A program made the position numbers and the translations under genes. Positions 7,156 through 16,209 of a DNA stretch of 53,997 bases are shown here, in pieces. The stretch's first letter is position 1; every line of letters begins with the position of its first letter. The DNA is from a virus (Duplodnaviria > Caudoviricetes), in the IMG/VR virus record IMGVR_UViG_3300033153_006956, positions 1 through 53,997 of that record; one strand, given 5' to 3'. The notes under the pieces were generated by a model. It was not told the origin of the DNA. It was given only the letters and a program-made list of their open reading frames with translations, and did not search any database.

Positions 7156-7707
7156 CTATCCTCCTTTCAGTAATTCCACATCACTTTCAACTTCGTCCCC
7201 CCATACATCCCAACCCTTTGTCTTTTCTCTGGCAAATAACTCAATTCGGGGTAGGTCTCCAACAAGTCTAACAATTTCATCTCTAATTTGTGGTGGTTTG
7301 GCGGAGTGTCTGGTGCGTGGGAACATTTGTATTTGTTTAACAGATTTGCAAATTCGTTTTGGATGTCCCTTCTTGGCAAACAAACATAATTCTGCGTTCC
7401 CATTTGTCCAGTGCCCCATCCCAGAGTAGATTCCCTTTCCCAGCGGATTGAGTTTAACCCACGTAAAAGCACATGTCCTATACCAGAACCCCCAGGCTTT
7501 AATGACACTTAAAGCCTCCTGTAGCATTGGCATTGTAGCCCAGCAGAATAAGGCACAATCTTTGTCTACTAGCTGATTTATTGGTAACTGTTTGATTGCT
7601 TCAAGCGACATAGTGGGATATGTTATTCCACCTAACCTGGGCAAATTCCCTTTTTTATCGGAGTAGTTCCAGGGTGGGTCAGCATAGATTATTTGATATT
7701 TTTTCAT
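7156..7707 (-). CDS. MT-A70 family adenine methyltransferase
   Basis: YQIIYADPPW, FTWVK, HSAKP, RIELFAR, GWDVWG. Confidence 0.9.
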   Translation of the reverse strand: MKKYQIIYADPPWNYSDKKGNLPRLGGITYPTMSLEAIKQLPINQLVDKDCALFCWATMPMLQEALSVIKAWGFWYRTCAFTWVKLNPLGKGIYSGMGHWTNGNAELCLFAKKGHPKRICKSVKQIQMFPRTRHSAKPPQIRDEIVRLVGDLPRIELFAREKTKGWDVWGDEVESDVELLKGG

Positions 7708-8405
7708 ATTTTTGTCCTCGTCCCCCGATACTTGATGACCGCCTTGTACAGCTCTTCCAGCGACCGGACATCCTGCTCGTTATGTTTCATTATATAGTCC
7801 AACGCTGGTTGATGTCCGGCCAAAGCATCCTGCCATACCTCCATATTAAACGGCAGTCCCTTTGACTTAATGCCGAGTAGACGACAAGCATTTTGCATTG
7901 ACCGTTTAGATAATTTGAACTTGGCTTTTACAATATCAAAAACATCAATAACTTTAATCTGCTTCCATTCTGGGAATCCTTCGACACCCCACTTGGCTGC
8001 TCGTGTTCGCAGGAAGGGGATGTCGTGTCGCTGATACCGCCCACCGGTATCTTTACCGTAATAAACCACCAGTGTATCAAACTCCCAGACATCCTTGCAG
8101 AATTGTTCCATTAGTCGTTTGTCTTTAGTTCCTGTACCGTCCATCAATGGTTTTTTTATCTCCGCTGGTGTGATGCTTCTCTTAATAATATCGCCGTCCA
8201 TTCGTTTGATACAATACGTCAACACGAAGCCCCAATCAGCATCAAGACTGCCCCCGCTCTCTATGTCAAGAAACCCAATTCGTTCCTCCTTCTGTCGAGC
8301 TTTATCGTAGCACTTGGGGTGGGTAAAACCATTATGCCGATGCTTGCAGCGGAAATTATATCTGTCCAAGATTTCTGTTTTTAGCATATTATTTAAGTTA
8401 ATCAT
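7704..8405 (-). CDS. RNase H-like DEDD 3'-5' exonuclease
   Basis: FLDIE, HDIPFL and HNEQDV motifs. Confidence 0.8.
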   Translation of the reverse strand: MINLNNMLKTEILDRYNFRCKHRHNGFTHPKCYDKARQKEERIGFLDIESGGSLDADWGFVLTYCIKRMDGDIIKRSITPAEIKKPLMDGTGTKDKRLMEQFCKDVWEFDTLVVYYGKDTGGRYQRHDIPFLRTRAAKWGVEGFPEWKQIKVIDVFDIVKAKFKLSKRSMQNACRLLGIKSKGLPFNMEVWQDALAGHQPALDYIMKHNEQDVRSLEELYKAVIKYRGTRTKI

Positions 8406-8406
8406 T

Positions 8407-8943
8407 TTAGCTCCTTATAAAATTTTTATTGTCCGGTTTACCCGACATAATAACTTTAATGCGATGCCAGGAGACAGGGTAATAATTGTTGTTATCCACA
8501 CCTATGTCATATTGTTTACTTTCCAGAGTAAGTTGCCCATGAGAATGACCAAAAAGTTGCCACGAATTATAATGACTACATTCCCATGTTCTCATCGCGT
8601 AATGGCACACAACTACTAAATTCCCATCAATTCGTTTACGCCAAATATATTTAGCACTTTTCGGTTGCCAGTGGTCGTGACTCCCAACAAGCAATATATG
8701 TGTCCCCTGCAATCGTCTGATATATTTTTTGTAAACATCTTCTTTCTTGTTAAGCCAGCAAAAGTCTCCAGCATGTATGGTTACATCTTGTGGTTGAACA
8801 ACACTATTAAAATTCCAGATAAGTTGTTCATCCATTTGCTCGACACTGGAAAAAGGCCTATTGCAATATTTAATTATTTTTTCATGCCCATAATGCTCAT
8901 CTGCTGTGAACCAATACATCATCTTATCCCTTTTTTCAACCAC
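8407..8943 (-). CDS. Calcineurin-like metallophosphoesterase
   Basis: ADEH, AGDF, GSHD and GHSH motifs. Confidence 0.88.
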   Translation of the reverse strand: MVEKRDKMMYWFTADEHYGHEKIIKYCNRPFSSVEQMDEQLIWNFNSVVQPQDVTIHAGDFCWLNKKEDVYKKYIRRLQGTHILLVGSHDHWQPKSAKYIWRKRIDGNLVVVCHYAMRTWECSHYNSWQLFGHSHGQLTLESKQYDIGVDNNNYYPVSWHRIKVIMSGKPDNKNFIRS

Positions 8944-9350
8944 TTTTCAAATTCTCGGAGAGTTGAGAATATTTTCTGTGCGTGATATTGCAACCAGTAG
9001 TGTTGAGAGTGTCCGGTAGTACAAATTATGTAAACCGGTTTCTGGAAGAGACAACCATATACTATTTCCATAACAGTCCCGTATTTTTCATTACCGTCCA
9101 AGATAACTGCCACCCCCATCGAGTCCCTCATTGCTCTTAAATCCCGTACGACTATCTCAGCAGCATTTCCAGTATATAGTCTCCCATTTTCACATTTTCC
9201 ATCTTCTATTACATCTTCTCGTGCTTCCTTTGTGTCGTAGAATGGGTTATAAAATTCAACATTCAGTTTTTCCTCTATCCTTAACTCCCAGTTTCTCATA
9301 TATTGTCGTGAGGGGAAAGGGTGTGCGAGATACAGTTTAAGTTTTTCCAT
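8919..9350 (-). CDS. Nucleoside 2-deoxyribosyltransferase-like protein
   Basis: YLAHPF, YNP, D...GTVME pattern. Confidence 0.7.
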   Translation of the reverse strand: MEKLKLYLAHPFPSRQYMRNWELRIEEKLNVEFYNPFYDTKEAREDVIEDGKCENGRLYTGNAAEIVVRDLRAMRDSMGVAVILDGNEKYGTVMEIVYGCLFQKPVYIICTTGHSQHYWLQYHAQKIFSTLREFEKWLKKGIR

Positions 9351-9852
9351 TTACTTTATCCTTCAAAATTTCGTGCAATAATCCTTGGGCATTGAAAATT
9401 ACCCCGCAAATAGAGTCTTCGATTGTTACGGGGCCGTGATTATCAGATGCTGGAAATCCATCAAACAACAACCATGTAGACAAGAAATGTCTTGCTAGCC
9501 CATCGAGATATACATCTTGTGGTATGCCTTTTTTCCAGTTGTCCCAATCACGTAAACTCCCGTCAGATTGAACACGATGTTTCCCAATATATTCAACATA
9601 ATGTCTTAACACTGATGGAGACAACGCTTTCACATAACTAGGTTTATTGGCTAAGGTATCACGAGTAGCCCCCCCTGCAAACGTCCTCATCTTTTTAGAT
9701 ATATCAATAGCATCCTCATTGGCATTTCCTCTTACTCCCATCTGTTCTATGTCCATATTCTTTGTATTCTCAATCTTATGTTCTTGCACCAATCTGTGCA
9801 TTTCTTCATTTGTCATTCGTCTTTCCTTTCTCCAGCATTTCCATACTTGCAA
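9337..9852 (-). CDS. dATP/dGTP diphosphohydrolase-like (DUF5664) protein
   Basis: RTFAGGATRD...KP...DNWKKGIP...RH pattern; true start probably the internal MTNEE. Confidence 0.7.
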   Translation of the reverse strand: MQVWKCWRKERRMTNEEMHRLVQEHKIENTKNMDIEQMGVRGNANEDAIDISKKMRTFAGGATRDTLANKPSYVKALSPSVLRHYVEYIGKHRVQSDGSLRDWDNWKKGIPQDVYLDGLARHFLSTWLLFDGFPASDNHGPVTIEDSICGVIFNAQGLLHEILKDKVNGKT

Positions 9853-9861
9853 ACTCTGTGT

Positions 9862-11034
9862 TTATACCCATTTTAGTAGCCTTGTTTTCTCCAACGATTT
9901 ATAAATATCTGGTGTCAGCTTGTACCAAATTTCACTCCCTTCTTCCTGTGCCTCTAAGAGACCACTAAACACAAACTGATTTGCGATTGGCCCAAGCTCT
10001 CTTGTTGTACTCCGGCATGCCTGGGCTAACTGATTTAATGGTGCTGCCGGCCTGTGTGCACCACGCCGGAATAGAAACAACATCAATCGTTGTCGAATCA
10101 AGCTCAAACTATCCAGCACTACTCGCTTAATTAACCACATATCAGAATCATTCCATCTATCTCTTTCGTCAGCAAAGGCATGTGCGTGTCCCAGGTTTAT
10201 TAGTTGTTGTACTATGCGAGTTGCCAGCTCAGGTCTTGTGGCCGTCTCATTCGCCGATGTGGTTCTCATTAGTGCCAGCAAGTCGGCCAAAATTTGAACT
10301 TCCTCTCTCATTTCTGCCGGTAACTCTGGGACTTTCACATCATCCTTTTCACACATCAGTATTATCTGGGTTATGGTTGCTTGTACTAATTTACGGAGCC
10401 ATTCTTTCCATTCCTTCTTGCCTTCCATCGCAGTTATAACTCTGTTGAGATTTTTAACCCTCTGTGTGTGGCCTAGACGTAAACGGTTTATTCTAATGGA
10501 CAAAAACCTCTGCCCCAACTGCTGGTGTTTCTCCATAAATGCATCAATAGCATCTGTTACGCAGGCTATCATACCAAAACCGGCCTCATATTCCCTCACC
10601 CCAACCTTCCCCGATGCTTTACTACAATATTGGTCATAGAGGTCTCTAAATTCCCCCAACACCTTGTCTACCAGGTTTCTACCGGCTTCCATTAGTGCCG
10701 TAAAATCTTTCCATATTAATACATTCCCGTTCAACTGCAATACCAGTGAAGGGTCTTCACCTTTCTCATCACTGTACCCGCTTATCAGAGCGTTCTCAGT
10801 GGGCGTAGTCAACAACAAACATCTTGGATGGCCTCTCATTGTTAATACTGTTTCCGTTTTTCCTGAACCAGGAGGCCCGATAAAATACATCCAGAGAGCC
10901 TCATATAATTTTGGGTGGTATGCAGCGGTTAATACCGCCACAAAACAATCAATTATCAATTCATCATCCTTCTCAAACTGAAGGATTTTCCCATATGCTT
11001 TCTTGATGATTTGCAGGGGGGATTTCTCATCCAT
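9862..11034 (-). CDS. MCM-like AAA+ ATPase/helicase with a C-terminal winged helix
   Basis: Walker A GPPGSGKT, Walker B-like IWKDF, GQRF arginine region; located in the replication module. Confidence 0.7.
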   Translation of the reverse strand: MDEKSPLQIIKKAYGKILQFEKDDELIIDCFVAVLTAAYHPKLYEALWMYFIGPPGSGKTETVLTMRGHPRCLLLTTPTENALISGYSDEKGEDPSLVLQLNGNVLIWKDFTALMEAGRNLVDKVLGEFRDLYDQYCSKASGKVGVREYEAGFGMIACVTDAIDAFMEKHQQLGQRFLSIRINRLRLGHTQRVKNLNRVITAMEGKKEWKEWLRKLVQATITQIILMCEKDDVKVPELPAEMREEVQILADLLALMRTTSANETATRPELATRIVQQLINLGHAHAFADERDRWNDSDMWLIKRVVLDSLSLIRQRLMLFLFRRGAHRPAAPLNQLAQACRSTTRELGPIANQFVFSGLLEAQEEGSEIWYKLTPDIYKSLEKTRLLKWV

Positions 11035-11519
11035 TACTTCTCCTTTTTGTACCGTCTTCTCAAGTAGGTTCGGGATAATAAGGGGAGGGTCAGGATATGA
11101 TAATGCCCTCCCCCTATTCCACTAACAATCGAGACAAGCGACTGGGTTTTGATTGTTTTCCGATAGTCCCCTTCCCCTACTTCCCACATAAAACGAGGAA
11201 GAAAATACCACAAACCCTTTTGAATTACAGAGCAACTCACAGCGGATACCCAAGTAGCATTACCATATCCAGGTATCTGAGGAAGGTCGGCTGCTGCCCC
11301 CAGAAGGTCTTCAATGTAGTCTGGATAATTTATGGTTACAAACAGGTGGTTGTGCACACCCATAAATTGTCGATGCTTAAGATTGGGAGCACCGAGTTGG
11401 AATATACTCCCAATCCTAATATACCGACCATCCACCTTGCCCCCATCCTTTTTAGACCTTCGGTGAGTATATATTCTAGTGTTGTTAAATTTAGCAGCTT
11501 CTTTTTGGATAAGTTTCAT
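11034..11519 (-). CDS. Hypothetical replication-associated protein
   Basis: Coupled between the SSB-like gene and the helicase. Confidence 0.65.
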   Translation of the reverse strand: MKLIQKEAAKFNNTRIYTHRRSKKDGGKVDGRYIRIGSIFQLGAPNLKHRQFMGVHNHLFVTINYPDYIEDLLGAAADLPQIPGYGNATWVSAVSCSVIQKGLWYFLPRFMWEVGEGDYRKTIKTQSLVSIVSGIGGGHYHILTLPLLSRTYLRRRYKKEK

Positions 11520-11530
11520 ACCACTTAGCC

Positions 11531-12037
11531 TTAATTGGTGGGTATTTCTTCAACAGCTTCTGGGGCCTCATCTATGGAGTCCATTCGTTCTAATATCCTA
11601 TGATTTACCCACGGTTCACCCCCTTCTTTTCTGGGGGTTCTAGTGGTGGAGATTCGCAACAGCGTGCCGATGTTCTCATACAGAACATCTAGACCCTCGG
11701 CGAGTTTATTGATGGGTTCACCAGCCAAGACAGATGCCAGAGTTTTTAAGCCCACGAAATTTCTGGCAGTCCATCCAAACATTCCACTTATGTCGAAAGA
11801 TTTACCTTCAAGCTCACCCTGTTGAATTTGCACAGTAGCTCGTATTTGAAGAACATCCTTCTTGAGTTTGGGGTCATTTACTTTGTTGGCCTGAACATTC
11901 GACAACGCACAGATTGTCTCCCCATTTGGTGGTTCCCACCTATAAAAAGATGCTGCGTCTTCGTAGTAACTCTCACTCTCCGCTAAAATTTTCGCAAATT
12001 CTGGGTCACCCATAGCTTCTTGTAATGTTGGATTCAT
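11531..12037 (-). CDS. Putative single-stranded DNA-binding protein (DUF669-like OB fold)
   Basis: Near the Sak4-like ATPase; beta-rich with an acidic C-terminal tail. Confidence 0.55.
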   Translation of the reverse strand: MNPTLQEAMGDPEFAKILAESESYYEDAASFYRWEPPNGETICALSNVQANKVNDPKLKKDVLQIRATVQIQQGELEGKSFDISGMFGWTARNFVGLKTLASVLAGEPINKLAEGLDVLYENIGTLLRISTTRTPRKEGGEPWVNHRILERMDSIDEAPEAVEEIPTN

Positions 12038-12073
12038 TCTTTTTCTCCTTTGTTTAGGTTTAATTATTGTTTT

Positions 12074-12610
12074 TTACAATAGTATTTTCAATGCTCTTAC
12101 TATCCCAACAAATAATGCGTCTTTCACTTTCTGCTCAACTGGCAGATTCTCGTATGGTACACAACAAGGATGCTCCCTCTTTTCGGGGTCTTTCACCTCC
12201 CCATATTTCCACCCTTCTGCATATTTTTCTTTTAGCCAGCTCTCATGTGAAGCTGAACAGCCGGCTTCTGGATTATCAAGATGAAACTGAACTCCATTTA
12301 TAGCACTTTTTTTCTGCCAGTCTGGTGCAGCACCCCAAGGTAATTGACTAAAATCACCTGTTAATTCACAATAAACTCTGTTTGTTTCGTGTGCTACCTG
12401 TGCAATCTGCTCTATTGTCATTTTTTTTCTTCCTTTCAAATTATTGTTACTTGAATTCCTTCTTTTCTTTTTCTTTCTTCTTTTTTTTGGTTTACTTTCC
12501 TCCTCACAATATGGGCACATATCTGGGAACTGGGTATGCCCAGCCAAATGGTCAAACCACATATCCTCGCCCTGTTCAGTTAGATACTCTGCCATATCAC
12601 CCATTGCCAT
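12074..12610 (-). CDS. RyR-domain protein (domain starts at M64, 12421)
   Basis: IAQVAHETNR...HESW...GWKYG..KD....HPCCVPY..LP motif. Confidence 0.8.
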   Translation of the reverse strand: MAMGDMAEYLTEQGEDMWFDHLAGHTQFPDMCPYCEEESKPKKRRKKKKRRNSSNNNLKGRKKMTIEQIAQVAHETNRVYCELTGDFSQLPWGAAPDWQKKSAINGVQFHLDNPEAGCSASHESWLKEKYAEGWKYGEVKDPEKREHPCCVPYENLPVEQKVKDALFVGIVRALKILL

Positions 12611-13535
12611 TCTCTTTTCTTGATTTACTCACAGCCTCATCATATGCCTTTTTGAGAACATCCCAACCACCAATCATTGGAACTTCTAGACTTGCTACCA
12701 AATTGGGGACACCACGTTGTTTGCCCTCCATTGCTTTTCTCTCCGTTGGTTTGGTATAGAGGTGATACCTGGTTTTCACTTCTTCTTTAGCCCCTCTTAT
12801 AGTTCTTCCTTTTATAACCACATCAGTTTTTTCTTTGCGGGTAGTACTGTTTATAGTCAAGTGGAGTTCTGCCTTTCGTACTATGGGGCCAACATATCCC
12901 TTTGAAAGTATAGGCCTAATCTTAGTGGATGCCTTAAACGTAATAGGGTCTGTTTCTTCAACATAGGTTAAATGCCCAATAACCGCCCAGGTGTAGCCGA
13001 CACTCTCAATTTCGCTGAGGATTCTTTTAATCCTCCCCTGCAAAAGAGAATGCCCATGTCCCTTCTGGCCATACTCCCCTATATCCTCATAAGTTTTAGC
13101 CGCCGAGCTTTTTTCATCCAGCAAGTGTGTTGATTCAAGTTCAACCAGCCCGTCATGGGTGTCAAAAATAACGCGGCCCCACCTACGTTTACCTCCTTTA
13201 GCATCAGCTATCAACTTATCGAGAATGGCTCGGTGAATTTCATAAGCAGTTTTCCCTGTTTTTTTCGCCGCCTCATAGATATTAAAGTAGCCGCTTTTCC
13301 GCCCAGGAACACCATTAGCACCACGCTCATAATCTATTGTTACGGCGTTGGGGATACTGCCAGCAAAGGTGCTCTTCCCTTCTCCGGACAAACCAGTGAT
13401 ATACAGTCGTGCTTCTTCTAATGTGCAGGGGTTATATCCAGTTGTTAACCCAAGTGCCACATAGTCCGCCGGCAGTGGTATATTTGCAGGGGTTGTGGAT
13501 ACAACTACGTTACTTTTTGCATCTACATTTACCAT
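12597..13535 (-). CDS. Sak4-like AAA_24 ATPase (recombinase)
   Basis: GLSGEGKST Walker A, IDYERG, IFDT Walker B, IGH; close to the nuclease and SSB-like genes. Confidence 0.75.
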   Translation of the reverse strand: MVNVDAKSNVVVSTTPANIPLPADYVALGLTTGYNPCTLEEARLYITGLSGEGKSTFAGSIPNAVTIDYERGANGVPGRKSGYFNIYEAAKKTGKTAYEIHRAILDKLIADAKGGKRRWGRVIFDTHDGLVELESTHLLDEKSSAAKTYEDIGEYGQKGHGHSLLQGRIKRILSEIESVGYTWAVIGHLTYVEETDPITFKASTKIRPILSKGYVGPIVRKAELHLTINSTTRKEKTDVVIKGRTIRGAKEEVKTRYHLYTKPTERKAMEGKQRGVPNLVASLEVPMIGGWDVLKKAYDEAVSKSRKENGNG

Positions 13536-13574
13536 AATCGTCTTTCCAACTCATTTCCCTAAAAATTTCCTTAA

Positions 13575-13805
13575 TTATTCAATCCTCAATTCTTGAAATA
13601 ACCTCTTAAACGCCCGATTCTCTATATACCATCCTTTGTGTGGCGGGACGAACGGCACGTTAGGGTCAACAGTACACAACTGGGTTTTATCCAGCAGAAT
13701 CACCTTCGCCCTAGGTTGACAACCACTATTCAGTATCATTAAAAGCATCAATAACACCAATACGGTCGCCATCATCGACTGCCTTATCAAATTTCCTCTT
13801 CGCAT
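13575..13805 (-). CDS. Putative o-spanin lipoprotein
   Basis: Hydrophobic signal with NSGC lipobox; overlaps the upstream TM protein in another frame. Confidence 0.5.
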   Translation of the reverse strand: MRRGNLIRQSMMATVLVLLMLLMILNSGCQPRAKVILLDKTQLCTVDPNVPFVPPHKGWYIENRAFKRLFQELRIE

Positions 13806-13911
13806 TTCTTTTCGCCTTTGCTTTCGGAGACAAGTAGTATTTGTAAATAATAGTTATCAGCCCAGCCAGTGCTGCCACCGCCGCCGCTACCTGTGTAATG
13901 ACGTTAATCAT
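13726..13911 (-). CDS. Putative i-spanin-like N-terminal TM protein
   Basis: N-terminal TM helix; located between the holin-like and lipoprotein genes. Confidence 0.45.
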   Translation of the reverse strand: MINVITQVAAAVAALAGLITIIYKYYLSPKAKAKRNAKRKFDKAVDDGDRIGVIDAFNDTE

Positions 13912-14273
13912 CGTACAATCTTCTTATCTGCTGTTAGTCTACCATAAAACGCCATAGCAGCACCAATAAGAGATACAATAGAAGACACCCATTCGACTAT
14001 GCCGGTAGATTCAGCTTCGATATTTTCAGCTAAAGATTCTTTATCAAATAATCGTAATATCATCGCCACCACTACAATAATAGAACCCCACAAACTCTTT
14101 GATTGATACCATTTTTTTGTTTCCATTTTTTTCTCCATTTTTTTCTCCATTTTTGTGTTTATTGACCTATTTATTCCTTCCCCTGCCACCACCGGATCTC
14201 CTGGAATTACGACCGCCTCTATTTGGTTTAACATCGCCTGGTTTACCAACTCTTGGCGTTCCTCCACATTCAC
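13908..14273 (-). CDS. Holin-like membrane protein
   Basis: KKWYQSKSLW followed by two TM helices and YGR. Confidence 0.6.
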   Translation of the reverse strand: MNVEERQELVNQAMLNQIEAVVIPGDPVVAGEGINRSINTKMEKKMEKKMETKKWYQSKSLWGSIIVVVAMILRLFDKESLAENIEAESTGIVEWVSSIVSLIGAAMAFYGRLTADKKIVR

Positions 14274-14278
14274 CTTTT

Positions 14279-15325
14279 TTAGCCATTTTCTTTCCCTTCT
14301 AATTTCTTTACTTTTTCTGTTTTTGGAACTTCTCTAACTTCATAATACTGGTCGATGAGTGATGGCCAAGCTGACACATCGGAACTACATAAAGCATAGT
14401 ATGGACAGACCTTCCGGTTGTAAACACATCGACTTCTGGTTAAGTCTTTGGAGAATAATCGGGGGGCTGGTTCCTGCCCCCACAAGTCGAGGGTATGTGA
14501 GAGTGCGTTCATTATCTCGGAGTTGTGAATATCCTCGTTGAAGATAATCGCATCCGATCTCATCGGGTCTTCAGCCTGAGTTTCATACCATTCCTTTACT
14601 CTCTGAACGTAAGCCTCGAACGGGGTACAGCCTAGCTTGGCAGCCATCTTCTCGTCTTTACCACAGAGTTTAATGGTGGGTACTTGAATCATATCAAGGA
14701 TGAAACCCCTAATCTTATCTCCCCATTCTTCTTGGGCTGCCATCATCCGATAGAACCGAGCCTGAACACAATAAAGAAACCCCGTCAAAATAGATGAGAA
14801 ATTCTCACCAGTAGTTTTGGCATCACGAATCCATACTGACCCATCCCGTTTATCTCTCACTACCCAGTCAGCTATCCATACACAGGGAATAGTCGCATTG
14901 GGTGCGAAACATTCTTTCCGTTCTTCTCTGCAAATAGTCTCCATATTTTTACTGGGTGGAAACTTTTCCCAGAAGATGGTAACTATCGCCAGAGCTTTCT
15001 GGTACAAATGATTGAGGTCATTCGCAGCTCTGGCTAAATCACCAGTCAAATCTTCACCCGCCTTAATCCTCTCGACCAATTTCGAGTGTTGCTTGATTAC
15101 ATCCTGATGAATTTTCTCCTGCCCAGCCTTACCAGCTTTCAATAATCTGTGGACAAGCTGGCCGGTGGTAGCACCTTTACTGTATTGTCTCACTTTCGGC
15201 CTGATAGCTATCCGGTATTTGTAGTAGAACAATCTCTCACACCTGAGACCATCCACGATAGAGGACGCACTAATCGGTCTCTTTTGGTCTACCAGATTAT
15301 CCTGCAACCACTGTTCAGCTTTCAT
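14279..15325 (-). CDS. PD-(D/E)xK Cas4/RecB-like exonuclease
   Basis: N-terminal Cys, G..VH, IAD...RDAKTT, Q..FY and C-terminal C...CPY..LC. Confidence 0.8.
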   Translation of the reverse strand: MKAEQWLQDNLVDQKRPISASSIVDGLRCERLFYYKYRIAIRPKVRQYSKGATTGQLVHRLLKAGKAGQEKIHQDVIKQHSKLVERIKAGEDLTGDLARAANDLNHLYQKALAIVTIFWEKFPPSKNMETICREERKECFAPNATIPCVWIADWVVRDKRDGSVWIRDAKTTGENFSSILTGFLYCVQARFYRMMAAQEEWGDKIRGFILDMIQVPTIKLCGKDEKMAAKLGCTPFEAYVQRVKEWYETQAEDPMRSDAIIFNEDIHNSEIMNALSHTLDLWGQEPAPRLFSKDLTRSRCVYNRKVCPYYALCSSDVSAWPSLIDQYYEVREVPKTEKVKKLEGKENG

Positions 15326-15641
15326 CTTGTTTTTCCTCCGGCCTACTTAATTTATCTTCTGGGGGGTGCTCAAGTTCATCGACACGACTATTTAACTCTG
15401 TAAGACCAACTAATACTGCTTCACTGAGCCTAATAAACCTATTCTTACACACATCTGATTCATCTTCTGTTTTCTTTCGCAATCGTTGAGATTCTCCCTT
15501 CAACCAATCGACACTGTTCCCCAGGGCCTCAATTTTTGTGGTAGTGCCCTCACACCATTCTACTATCTTCCGTGCCCCGATAACTAGTGCCAAAGCAGCA
15601 GCACCAATCACAATACCTACACCTATAAACGTGGCCGCCAT
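15315..15641 (-). CDS. Membrane-anchored coiled-coil hypothetical protein
   Basis: N-terminal TM; AAGGAG RBS. Confidence 0.6.
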   Translation of the reverse strand: MAATFIGVGIVIGAAALALVIGARKIVEWCEGTTTKIEALGNSVDWLKGESQRLRKKTEDESDVCKNRFIRLSEAVLVGLTELNSRVDELEHPPEDKLSRPEEKQDES

Positions 15642-15946
15642 TATATGTTCTCCTTTAATTTTCTGTTTCTAATAATCGGATAAAATTCAGAATCCAGATG
15701 ATTAAGAAGCCGCACCAACTCTGACAGTGTGAGGTCTCGACTCCAAATCCATTTCCGTAACTCCTTCTGTTTTAACTTCATCTCCTTCGCCAGCTTCTCC
15801 ACAGTACAGTCCTGCTCTTTCATTACAGCGAGAACATCCTCTGCAATCTTCATCCGTAACCTCTCGTATAACATCCTCCGTCTGCTGGTTGGAAGAACCT
15901 GGAATATCCTATGTAGTTGTCTAAGAACAGATTTCATTTTTTCCAT
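15641..15946 (-). CDS. XRE-like helix-turn-helix protein
   Basis: TVEKLAKEMKLKQKELRKW...DLTLSEL pattern; first gene after a promoter. Confidence 0.6.
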   Translation of the reverse strand: MEKMKSVLRQLHRIFQVLPTSRRRMLYERLRMKIAEDVLAVMKEQDCTVEKLAKEMKLKQKELRKWIWSRDLTLSELVRLLNHLDSEFYPIIRNRKLKENI

Positions 15947-15982
15947 TTTTCACCAAAAAAATTTTGCGACTTTGTGCTACTT

Positions 15983-16012
15983 ATAATACGCGGGTCGTTC
16001 GGATTTGTTCAG
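15983..16012 (-). promoter_or_regulatory. Promoter CTGAACAAA-...-GCGTATTAT
   Basis: Member of the conserved promoter family; TTTTTCTGAGC tandem repeat immediately upstream (about 16024-16055). Confidence 0.65.
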
Positions 16013-16069
16013 ATTTTTTTAATTTTTTCTGAGCTTTTTCTGAGCTTTTTCTGAATTTTTTTGTACGAT

Positions 16070-16117
16070 AAAAATAAAAACTGGGCGGAAGAAAAGGAAG
16101 CCCTAATCCACCGCCCA
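16070..16117 (-). terminator. Putative intrinsic terminator
   Basis: TGGGCGG/CCGCCCA stem followed by GTTTTTATTTT on the minus strand. Confidence 0.5.
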
Positions 16118-16162
16118 TTTGCAGGGGTCTATTTTATATCGGCGAAAATCGCTCGCCTACAT

Positions 16163-16192
16163 ACTATACGTTGCTGGTTCAAATTTGTTCGT
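16163..16192 (-). promoter_or_regulatory. Promoter ACGAACAAA-...-CGTATAGT
   Basis: Member of the conserved promoter family, 18-nt spacer. Confidence 0.55.
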
Positions 16193-16209
16193 AAAAAAAT
16201 AATTTTTTT

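Noticed and set aside
9337-9852. 2-aminoadenine (Z) genome system
   Set aside because: A DUF5664-like gene is present but no PurZ (adenylosuccinate synthetase-like) gene was recognised.
14279-15325. CRISPR-associated Cas4
   Set aside because: No cas genes or array; the context next to a Sak4-like ATPase and SSB-like gene indicates a phage recombination exonuclease.
15641-15946. Lysogeny repressor or temperate lifestyle
   Set aside because: A single HTH with no peptidase domain, no divergent cro/cI arrangement and no integrase or partition genes recognised.
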